From: Anaeramoeba ignava BMAN
Taxonomy: Eukaryota; Protista; Anaeramoebae
Direction of reading: 5' to 3'
Assembly (NCBI GenBank): GCA_028826165.1
Contig: JAPDFW010000044.1
Location: 496,001-560,000, forward strand
DNA length: 64,000 nt
The notes beneath the pieces were generated by a model. It ran no database searches, was not told the origin of the DNA, and worked only from the letters and a program-made list of their open reading frames with translations. Positions 12,480 to 23,605 of this stretch are shown piece by piece; position 1 is the first letter of the stretch, and each line of letters opens with the position of its first letter. The translations under genes were made by a program, and so were the position numbers.

Positions 12480-13140
12480 AAAAAAGATTGAGAATTTTGC
12501 AATAACAGACCAGACAATTTATCAGTTGTCCAAATAATAAATGATTCCTTTTTGTTTCCTATCATTATGGAATTGGATGATCTCCAAAAAATTAAATTTG
12601 GGATCTTTTGGTATCAAAAAAAATACTGAGAAAAACCAAGATTCATTATATAAATCCAGAAAATCACCACAAGAAACTCGTCAATCTATACAAAATTTTC
12701 AAAGAGTCATACGAAACAGATAGAAATTTTCGTTCAATTTTCAATATAGGAGCCAAAATAAATGAGCTCGCCATTTCCAAACTTTATCGTGTTCTCAATA
12801 TGTTGAATATCAAAACACAAGAAGGACGACAAGAATATTATCAGGATGTCAAATACAAGTTAACTCATAACGTTGAAGAAATATATCAAACAAAAATTAA
12901 AGAAATTGATAATAAAATCGGAGAAGAAACAGACCCTGAACAACTGGACATGATCAAGCATATGAAAGAAAATTTTATTTCGAATGAACAAATTCCAAAA
13001 ATTGCGAAACTTGCGAAACTTGCGAAATCACTTTTCTTAGGAAATAAATTGGAAGAAAAAGAAGAAATCTTGAATTTTCAAACTGAACTAACTGAAAAAG
13101 TCATTCATTGTATTGAAAATAAAGAAGGAACATGTAAGAA
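12480..13140 (+). mobile_element. Mutator-like transposase N-terminal remnant
   Basis: RSIFNIGAKINELAISKLYRVLNMLNIKTQ..TDPEQLDMIKHMKENFIS aligns by eye with ORF 1150-1494. Ends in an (AAGAAT)n tract. Confidence 0.6.
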
Positions 13141-13689
13141 TAAGAATAAGAATAAGAATAAGAATAAGAATAAGAATAAGAAGGCGAAAAAATATCATCA
13201 CAAGGATTCTCAAAATCAGGAAAGTAATCAAAATAATCAAAATAATGAAAATCAAGTAAAATATAAAGTGGAAATAGAATTTGGAGAAGAAATTTCATAA
13301 TATCACTCGAGTCGATATTTTATGTAGAAATGGCAAGAAAATTCATATCCAAAACACTGATGAATTAAAGCTTTTTCAGTTTCTCTGTGAAGATAAGAAA
13401 TCAAATTTAGAAAGTTCAGATGATAAGCTACTTCTTTTCATAGAGGGAATAGAAAAAAAAAGGAATCAACAAACCACAGAAAGGAATAGCCAAGGAGTGA
13501 TCGAAACATACAAGGAACTTGATCCAATATAAAACTCAAAACAGGTCAAATGCTTAATTTGCGATATCACATTTTCTCCAAGTTAACAACAAAAATCCTC
13601 AAATTGAATTTTGGGAGAAAAATCAGCAGCTCTATTAATTTAGTGATAAGTGCATTGGGCAAAAATTTCGCTCAAAAAATCCGAATTAT

Positions 13690-16315
13690 TTAATTTTTAA
13701 TTACAATTATTTGAAATAAATTAATAAAATTAATAAAGAAATGATTTTAAAACCTTTTTTATTATTAATATTAAATAAATATAATTAAAAATAAAGAAAT
13801 AAATTTAATTAAAATATTTTATTTATCATTTTACTTAATTTTTAATAATAATTAATTTACCATTTTGTAATAAAATTAATTAAGAAATAATTTTAAAAAG
13901 GAATTATTATTAATATTAAATAAATATTATTAAAAATAAAGAAATAAAATTAATTAAAATATTTTATTTATTTTTTTTTTAATTTTTAATTTAATTATTT
14001 TTAAATTAATAAAATTAATTAAAGAAATGATTTTAAAAAGGAATTAATAATATTAAATAAATATTATTAAAAATAAAGAAATAAAATTAATTAAAATATT
14101 TTATTTATTATTTTTATTTAATTTTTAATTATAATTAATAAAAATAAATTAATAAAATTAATTAAGGAATGATTTTATTTCATTTTTTTATTAATAATAA
14201 ATAAATATTATTAAAAATAAAGAAATAAATTTAATTAAAATAATTTTCATTTTTACTTAAAATAATTATTATTAATAAAAATAAGTTAATAAAATTAATT
14301 AAAAATGATTTTAAAAAGGAATTATTATTAATATTAAATAAATATTATCAAAAATAAAGAAATAAAATTAATTAAAATATTCTATTTATTATTTTATTTA
14401 ATTTTTAATTATAATTAATAAAAATAAATTAATAAAATTAATTAAGGAATGATTTTATTTCATTTTTATTATTAATATTAAATAAATACTATTAAAAATA
14501 AAGAAATAAATTTAATTAAAATATTTTATTTATTATTTTATTTAATTTTTAATTATAATTATTTAAAAATAAATTAATAAAATTAATTAAAAATGATTTT
14601 AAAAAGGAATTATTATTAATATTAAATAAATATTATTAAAAATAAAGAAATAAATTTAATTAAAATATTTTATTTATTATTTTATTTAATTTTTAATAAT
14701 AATTAATTTACCATTTTGTAATAAAATTAATTAAAAATGATTTTAAAACTTTTTATTATTAATATTAAATAAATATTATTTAAAAATAAAGAAATAAATT
14801 TAATTAAAATATTTTATTTATTATTTTATTTAATTTTTAATAATAATTAATAAAAAAAATAAGTTAATAAAATTAATTAAGAAATGATTTTAAAATGTTT
14901 TTATTATTAATATTAAATAAATATTATTAAAAATAAAGAAATAAAATTAATTAAAATATTTTATTAATTATTTTATTTAATTTTTAATAATAATTAATAA
15001 AAATAAATTAATAAAATTAATAAAAGAAATGATTTTAAAAAGGAATTATTATTAATATTAAATAAATATTATTAAAAATAAAGAAATAAATTTAATTAAA
15101 ATATTTTATTTATTATTTTATTTAATTTTTAATTATAATTATTTATTATTTTACAATTAAATTAAGAAATGATTTTAAATTATTATTAATAAATAAATAT
15201 TATTAAAAATAAAAGAAATAAATTTAATTAAAATATTTTATTTATTATTTTACTTAATTTTTAATTATTATTAATTTACCATTTTGTAATAAAATTAATT
15301 AAAAATGATTCTAAAAAGAATTTTATTATTAATATTAAATAAATATTATTAAAAATAAAGAAATAAATTTAATTAAAATATTTTATTTATTATCATTTTA
15401 TTTAATTTTTAATTATAATTAATAAAAATAAATTAATAAAATTAATTAAGAAATGATTTTAAAAATTGTTTTATTATTAATATTAAATAAATATTATTAA
15501 AAATAAAAGAAATAAATTTAATTAAAATATTTTATTTATTATTTTATTTAATTTTAATAATAATTATTAAAAATAAATTAATAAAATTAATAAAGAAATG
15601 ATTTTAAAAATGTTTTTATTATTAATATTAAATAAATAATTATTAAAAATAAAGAAATAAAATTAATTAAAATATTTTATTTATTATTTTATTTAATTTT
15701 TAATTATAATTAATAAAAATAAATTAATAAAATTAATTAAGAAATGATTTCAAAAACTTTTTATTATTAATATTAAATAAATATTATTAAAAATAAAAAT
15801 AAAATTAATTAAAATATTTTATTTATTATTTTATTTAATTTTTAATAATTATTATTAAAAATAAATTAATAAAATTAATTAAGAAATGATTCTAAAAAAG
15901 GAATTAATATTATTAATTAAATAAATATTATTGTAAGAAATAAAATTAATTAAAATATTTTATTTATTATTTTGTTTAATTTTAATAATAATTAATAAAA
16001 ATAAATTAATTAAATTAATTAAGAAATGATTTTAAAAAGGAATTAATATTAATATTAAATAAATAAATAAAAATTAATTAAAATATTTTTATTTATCATT
16101 TTATTTAATTTTTAATAATAATTAATAAAAATAAATTAATAAAATTAATTAAGAAATGATTTTAAAAAGGAATTATTATTAATATTAAATAAATATTATT
16201 TAAAAATTAAAGAAATAAATTTAATTAAAATATTTTATTTATCATTTTGATTTAATTTTTAATTATAATTAATAAAAATAAATTAATAAAATTAATTAAA
16301 AAATGATTTTAAAAA
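13690..16315. repeat. AT satellite family 1 (~143-145-bp unit, about 18 copies)
   Basis: The (g)aaatgattttaaaa anchor recurs about every 144 bp. Confidence 0.95.
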
Positions 16316-16415
16316 TTTTTTTTTTTCATTTTTTTTCAATCTTTTAGACAAGAAAATTTATCTATTTTGTGAAAGAAAAGAATGAGAAGAATCTCCAATC
16401 CAATTTCTCCAATAA

Positions 16416-16760
16416 TTGAAGATTTTTTTTCTAAAAGGATCGAGTGGAGTAGAAGTAGAAAGTTCACAAAAAACAACTCGGTGCACTTTTGTATCAACTT
16501 TAAGAGGAGATGGAGAAATTCTACCAATTTACTATATTGAGCACAGACCTCAAACAATTTTAAATGGTCAAATTTGGAAAAAAGCTATAAAAGGAATAAA
16601 TGTAGAACTATTTGTGGATTATATTTGTAAAACCCTTTCAAATGTAGACAAAAAAAAACCAAAACTATTTCTTATGGATAATCTTAAAGTTCATCATTCT
16701 AAAGGTGTGCTAGATAAATTGGCAAATCTTGACTTCTAAACAAGATTTTTTCCAGCTGGT
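16416..16760 (+). mobile_element. pogo-type transposase remnant
   Basis: RCTFVSTLRGDGEILPIYYI..KGINVELFVDYI..LFLMDNLKVHH..*TRFFPAG. Paralogous to 5403-5790. Confidence 0.85.
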
Positions 16761-16979
16761 GGAACTAAATCATTAATTTGAAAAGAAAATTTTTCAAAAA
16801 AGAAGTAATTTTCAGTTTATTTGAAGAATAAAATTTTGATTGAAGAAATAACCTATACTTCTAAGACTCAATCAAAAAAAAAAGGAACTTTTCAAAAAGT
16901 TATCAAATTTTATTCCAAAATTTTTTCATTTTTTTCTGGAATTAATCCAAATAAATTCATAAATTTTTCAAATTATTTT

Positions 16980-17765
16980 TGGGGTTTCTCCAAATTAATT
17001 ACGGGGTACTGTATCTTAACCAAAAGAAATTGATTAATGTAGATCTAAAAAATTCTAATTTCGAAGATATCAAGAATACAATGGAAAATCGACTAAAACA
17101 GATTATTTCAGGAGAAGAAGGTTTCGTTGAGCATTATCAAGAATTCAAGGAAAGCGAGAAATAGCGATTAAGGAATTAACTCCAATTAGAAAAACCAAAA
17201 ATTTAACATTTGCGGTTGAGAGAGATCCATTTTGATCACAAAAAAGGATAAGATTATATTGAATTTGTACAAGGAGAATGCAAGAATAACCAATCTAGGT
17301 ATATCAATTCAAATTACGAACCGAAAATGGCAAAATTCTTTAAACTTCCAGATGAAGAAAAGGATTCCTATCATATTATTTTGAAATAGATCCCTTTTCA
17401 AAAAGTAATGATCAAGTTGATCAAAAAGATGATAACATATTTTTTTTCGAGCGATCAATCATAACAACAAGTAGAAGCCTCTCAAAAATCACGTAATTAC
17501 ATCAACTACTTTAAGAGCATATTTTCAGGAAAAATCTACTCAATGTGGTGTTACTGAAAAGATTGGGTTACATTTTATTAGAGTTACGAGTATGAATCGT
17601 TTAGTAAATAAAGGAATTTCTGATGAGGATATAATGAAAATCAAAAGTGGATACAAATCTTCATCTGCTCTTCAAACTTACAAAAGAATTTCACTAAAAA
17701 AAGAGAAGGTAATTGATCAAACTTTAAATTTAAATGAACAATCACTTCCAAAATATCATTCTTAA
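16980..17765 (+). mobile_element. Crypton-type tyrosine-recombinase transposase, decayed catalytic domain
   Basis: HLRLREIHF..*DYIEFVQGECKNNQ.. then KIGLHFIRVTSMNRLVNKGISDEDIMKIKSGYKSSSALQTYKR, giving HxxR, G(H>Y)xS and the catalytic Tyr-K-R of tyrosine recombinases. Missed by the ORF track. Confidence 0.85.
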
Positions 17766-17890
17766 AATTCAATGAATCATTGGAAAAAAAATTGGAATTT
17801 CCAGATGTTATGTTTAATTTCAATTTTAAAAAACTCTTTTTTTAGTTAATGAAAACTTTCATTTATAAAATTTGAAAATTTAGCAATTTA

Positions 17891-18364
17891 ATACGAGCGA
17901 TTGATGGAACCGAACATCCTAGAGATCGACTAGTGGTAAAAGAATCTACCTATCACACTGGAAAGAAGAAATTTTCCACATTAATGTCACTAGCTATTTG
18001 CGATTTTAAAGGAAAACTAATCGCTTTTGAAACTGGAATTGATGGCCAAAATAATGATTCGGGCGCTTACAAAATAAGGGAAATGAAAAAAAAAGTTAAG
18101 GCATCTGGGTACAAATTGTTAGTTGATGGAGAATTTGGAGAAAAAGAGATGATCAAACCATTCCAAAAAAAAAATCAAGAAAGATTAAGCCAAATTGAAT
18201 GGGAAACAAAACAAAAGCAATGCATAACAAGATCAGTAATTGAAAATGTTTTTGCATATATGAAAAAATACAAGGTAGCCAAATACCAAGTAAAAATTAG
18301 TGTAAAACTTCAAACAAGAGCACTCAAATCGATTGCAGTTTGTTATCAAATCCAAAAAACTTAA
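17891..18364 (+). mobile_element. PIF/Harbinger-like (DDE_Tnp_4) transposase remnant
   Basis: AIDGTEHP..YHTGKKKFSTL..ICDFKG..GQNNDSG..LLVDGEF..RSVIENVFAYMK. All three catalytic positions are visible. Confidence 0.85.
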
Positions 18365-18534
18365 TTTGCCTAAATTGGATGAAGAAAAGATTCAACAAGA
18401 AATTCAGAGAATTATACAAAGAAAAAAAAGAAGAAAATCAAAATGAAGAAAAAAAGGAAAAGGAAAAAGAAAAAGAAAAAAAGAAAAAAAGGAAAAAAGA
18501 AAAAGAAAAAAGAAAAAAGAAAAAATCGAAGATC

Positions 18535-18720
18535 AAACCGATGTTGATATAGCAAAATTGATGCAAAGATGGGTATATGTTTTGAATGACAGATATAATC
18601 GTTCGATCAAAAGTGGGCAAAAACAGGTATGATTTTGTACAGATATTATGTAACATCTTGTGATGGGGAAAATTGTAGATTATGAAATCATTAGCACAAA
18701 CTTAAATAAACAATGGATAA
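18535..18720 (+). mobile_element. Mutator-like transposase short remnant
   Basis: GKIVDYEIIST resembles the TGKVLDYEVLSK motif after the first catalytic aspartate. Confidence 0.4.
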
Positions 18721-18825
18721 AAAAAATTGTATAATTAACACAAAATTTTTTTCTTATTCATAAAATAAAATAATATCAATTTCAAATACAAAAAGAACGT
18801 ATTTATGATGTTCATTTTTTTAAAA

Positions 18826-18857
18826 AATGAAAAAAAAAAAATGAAAAAATTTTTTTT
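18826..18857 (-). promoter_or_regulatory. Tandem TTTTCATTTT (Inr-like) motifs facing into block D
   Basis: atgaaaaaaaaaaaatgaaaaaattttt, mirrored by tttttcattttttttca at 16320-16338. Confidence 0.4.
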
Positions 18858-21105
18858 ATAATTAATTTACCATTTTGTAATAAAATTAATTAAAAAATGA
18901 TTTTAAAAAGGAATTATTATTAATATTAAATAAATATAATTAAAAATAAAGAAATAAATTTAATTAAAATATTTTATTTATTATTTTATTTAATTTTTAA
19001 TTATAATTAATAAAAATAAATTAATAAAATTAATTAAGAAATGATTTTAAAACCATTTTATTATTAATATTAAATAAATATAATTAAAAATAAAGAAATA
19101 AAATTAATTAAAATATTTTATTTATCATTTTATTTAATTTTTAATAATAATTATTTGAAATAAATTAATAAAATTAATTAAGAAATGATTTTAAAACTTT
19201 TTTATTATTAATATTAAATAAATATTATTAAAAATAAAGAAATAAAATTAATTAAAATATTTTATTTATTATTTTATTTAATTTTTAATAATAATTAATA
19301 AAAATAAATTAATAAAATTAATTAAGAAATGATTTTAAAACCTTTTTATTATTAATATTAAATAAATATAATTAAAAATAAAGAAATAAAATTAATTAAA
19401 ATATTTTATTTATCATTTTATTTAATTTTTAATAATAATTAATAAAAATAAATTAATAAAATTAATTAAGAAATGATTTTAAAACCTTTTTTATTATTAA
19501 TATTAAATAAATATTATTAAAAATAAAGAAATAAATTTAATTAAAATATTTTATTTATCATTTTTATTTAATTTTTTATAATTAATTTACCATTTTGTAA
19601 TAAATTTAATTAAGAAATGATTTTAAAAACTTTTTATTATTAATATTAAATAAATATTATTAAAAATAAAGAAATAAATTTAATTAAAATATTTTATTTA
19701 TTATTTTATTTAATTTTTAATAATAATTAATTTAATAAAATTAATTAAGAAATGATTTTAAAACCATTTTATTATTAAAAATGATTTCTAAAAAGAAATA
19801 AAAAAAATAAAATATTTTAAAATAAATTTTTATTATTAATTAAATAAAATATTATTAAAATAAAAATTAATTAAAAATTTTAAAATTAATTAAAATTTAA
19901 AATTTTATTATTTTAATAAAATTAAATTATAAAATTTTTTATTTTTTTATTTATTATTTTTAAAGAAATTTAATTAAAATATTTTATTTACCATTTTTGT
20001 AATAAAATTAAAATAAAGAAATAAAATTTTAAAAATGATTTTAAAACTTTTTTATTATTAATATTAAATAAATATTATTAAAAATAAAAGAAATAAAATT
20101 AATTAAAATATTTTATTTATTATTTTATTTAATTTTTAATTATAATTAATAAAAATAAATTAATAAAATTAATTAAAAATGATTTTAAAACTTTTTATTA
20201 TTAATATTAAATAAATATTATTAAAAATAAAAGAAATAAAATTAATTAAAATATTTTATTTATTATTTTATTTAATTTTTAATTATAATTAATAAAAATA
20301 AATTAATTAAAATTAATTAAGAAATGATTTCAAAAACTTTTTATTATTAATATTAAATAAATATTATTAAAAATAAAGAAATAAAATTTAATTAAAATAT
20401 TTTATTTATTATTTTATTTAATTTTTAATTATAATTAATAAAAATAAGTTAATAAAATTAATTAAGAAATGATTTTAAAACTTTTTATTATTAATATTAA
20501 ATAAATATAATTAAAAATAAAGAAATAAAATTAATTAAAATATTTTATTTATTATTTTTATTTAATTTTTAATTATAATTAATAAAAATAAATTAATAAA
20601 ATTAATTAAGAAATGATTTTAAAAAGGAATTATAATTAATATTAAATAAATATTATTAAAAATTAAAGAAATAAAATTAATTAAAATATTTTATTTATTA
20701 TTTTATTTAATTTTTAATAATAATTAATAAAAATAAATTAATAAAATTAATTAAAGAAATGATTTTAAAATGTTTTTTATTATTAATATTAAATAAATAT
20801 TATTAAAAATAAAGAAATAAAATTAATTAAAATATTTTATTTATTATTTTGTTTAATTTTTAATTATAATTATTTATTATTTTACAATTAAATTAATTAA
20901 AAAATGATTTTAAAACCATTTTTTATTATTAATATTAAATAAATATAATTAAAAATAAAGAAATAAAATTAATTAAAATATTTTATTTATTATTTTATTT
21001 AATTTTTAATTATAATTAATTTATTATTTTGTAATAAAATTAATTAAGAAATGATTTTAAAACTTTTTTATTATTAATATTAAATAAATATTATTAAAAA
21101 TAAAT
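18855..21105. repeat. AT satellite family 1 (~144-bp unit, about 15 copies)
   Basis: Anchor near 18895, 19037, 19180, 19324, 19469 and 19612, with a degenerate patch at 19770-20030. Confidence 0.95.
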
Positions 21106-21138
21106 TTAAATCAATCAAATTCTTCATTAAATTATTTA

Positions 21139-22805
21139 TCATTTTCCTGACATTAATCTGATTGAAAGAATTAATAAGATTACATTTAAGAGCCATGAAG
21201 GAATTAATAAAGGAAGAGAAACTAAAGACCATTTAATATTTATTTTCCCAATCAAATTCAGAAGAATCAACAATTCGTAAACAAAGAAGAAAATATTGGC
21301 AATTGAAAACGAGATATTCATTGAGTAAAAATCTTCATGAACATGCCTGAATTTGTTGAAAATTGCAAGAAAAATCAAGGCAATTAGAGGGATCGAATCG
21401 GCCATAAATAAAGGAATAAAAACGGAAGTCCAAGAGATTTTCTTATCATAATTTTGGAAATCGAGTTTCAAAGGAAAGAAGAATCAGGGAAACAATCAAA
21501 AAAAATAACATGATTAAGGGGAAAGTTAATAAATAAGTATCAACAAAAAGCGTGCTTCGATTTTCAAGTCGATCTTTTTCGTATTGAAGAGTTTTTATCA
21601 TGTTATACCAGCCAATTATAAAAAAAAGAAAAACGGGAATTAAAATGTAAATCAGTTTTAAATTCTTTACAATATTTTCCGTTCTCAATCCCAATAAAAT
21701 TAGGAAAACAGAAATAATCACGCTTGATTGATAAAATAATCTGAATAAAAAATGTTCATCAGTTATCACGACTGATTTTAAACACATCAAAAAAGAACCA
21801 GTAAATGAATAAACAAGAGCAATAAAAAAAGGGATGTAAATCAAGAACCAAGAACTCTTTATGATTGAATCCAATTTCAATGAGATCAATAATAAAGGGA
21901 TTGGAAGCATGCAAAGAAAAGCCATTGCAACAAAAAAGGGAGTGCAAAGAATTTCTACTTTGCCTTGGATTCTTTGGTTTCTTTTTGATTTTTTCTCGAT
22001 TTGTTGTTTGTCTTTCATGACTTTTTGGAACTTATTTATTTGTTGGATAAAAATTTCTTTTGGTTTCTTCACTAAATCTTGTGATAATTTATTTTGAGAA
22101 TCCAACAATAATTTATTTGTTTCATTTTCTTGATAATTTTGTTCTTTTTGGGTAAATATGTTTGCTAATCCAAGTTTTCCATGTTGAAAAATGTTTCCGT
22201 TGTTATCGATTGATAAAGTTTTAAAATCCAGAATTTGATGGTGATTTCCAATCATGTTTTTCCATGTGAACCAATCTTGTGATCCTCTATAGAATTGTTG
22301 ATTAACAGAAGAGCAAATTGCAATTTGATAAAAATTATCTAGGTAACTAAATATTGTCAGAAGAACTTGAGAAAGGATATTTTTTATATTTTTTTTTAAA
22401 ATTGATTTAAAATTAAAATTGATTTAAAATTAAAATTAAAATTAAATTAAAATTAAATTAAAATTAAAATTAAAATTAAATTAAAATTAAAATTGATTTA
22501 AAATTAAAATTAAAATTAAATTAAATTAAATTAAAATTAAAATTAAAATTAAATTAAAATTAAAATTAAATTAAAATTAAAATTGATTTAAAATTAAATT
22601 AAAATTAAATTAAAATTTGATTTGGAATTAAATTTGAAATCGAACTTTCATCAGGAAGCCAAGAAAAACAATCTCCTTCATTCTCATTTCCATTCACATT
22701 CTTTTGCTCTAAATTTTCTAATTTTTTATAATTTATATTTTTTGGTTGAATTAATTTTTGAAAAGTTTCAAAAGGAAATTCCTTTTTTTCTTCAAAAAGA
22801 TGCAT
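21139..22805 (-). CDS. F-box plus TMEM185/FAM11-like multi-pass membrane protein (intron 22366-22645; frameshift near 21470)
   Basis: Splicing the GT-AG intron gives FSWLPDEILLTIFSYLDNFYQIAICSSVNQQF..W (F-box). Downstream are repeats LKLDSIIKSSWFLIYIPF, LKLD..ISWTSVFIPLF and IKWSLVSLPL (Tmemb_185A). Confidence 0.8.
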
Positions 22806-22887
22806 TTATTATTTATTATTTTTCGAATTAAAATGAAAAAAATGAAAATGAAAAAAATGAGAAAAAATTTTTTGGATTTTTAAATTT

Positions 22888-23129
22888 AAATCTTGAAAGT
22901 AATTCCTGAACAAAAAGAAACAGCATTAATTTATTATTCAAAAAGAGGTCCAATTTTTGGAGATGGTTGGGATTTATCAATTTCTGGTAATTTGAAAAAT
23001 GGATTTTCTAATTTGGGATTAAATTATCAACTTCCAGATGATATTCAATATAATTCAAAGAAAGCAAAAAGTTTCTTTACTAATCAATATGGAGAATGGA
23101 AAATTGAAAGAATTGAAGTTTATTTTTAA
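22888..23129 (+). pseudogene. Orphan 3' fragment of a BTB-TLDc gene
   Basis: Near-identical to 26037-26278 with no upstream coding part. Confidence 0.85.
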
Positions 23130-23605
23130 AACTTTATCAATTTAATTTTCCTTTTTTCTTTTTTTAATTCTTTTCTTTTTTTAATTTCAATTCAATTCAA
23201 AAACAGGAAAAAAAAAAATTTAAATAAAAAAAAAAAGAAAAAATTTAATTGATTTTTTATTTAAATTTTTTTAAATTAAAAAAAAAGGAAAAATAAATTT
23301 TTTTTGCTTTTTTTTTTTTCATTTTTTTCCTTTTTTATTTTCCATTTAAAAACAAAACAAAACTTTTTTAAAATTTAAATACAATTTTAAATTCATTTTA
23401 AAAAGAGAAAATAAAAGAAATGGAAAAGTTAATATTTTAAAAAATACACAAAATACATTTAAAATATATTTTTATTTTTAAAAACAAAAGATAATTTAAT
23501 ATTTTTTCAGTTCCAAATTTTTATTTTTAAAAACTAAAAACTAATTTTCCTTTTTTAATTTTTTTAATTTTTAATTTTTAGTAAAAAATCAAAAGAGCAT
23601 CATAA
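22888..23605 (+). repeat. Segmental duplication (TLDc end, intergenic region, first exon and intron), repeated at about 26037-26757
   Basis: Intergenic 23130-23600 and 26279-26750 are nearly identical. Confidence 0.9.

Noticed and set aside
16311-18860. A single intact transposon with terminal inverted repeats
   Set aside because: The ends are low-complexity, no target-site duplication is evident, and the interior comes from four unrelated superfamilies.
13690-21105. CRISPR-like array
   Set aside because: The units are contiguous satellite with no unique spacers, there are no cas genes, and the context is eukaryotic.
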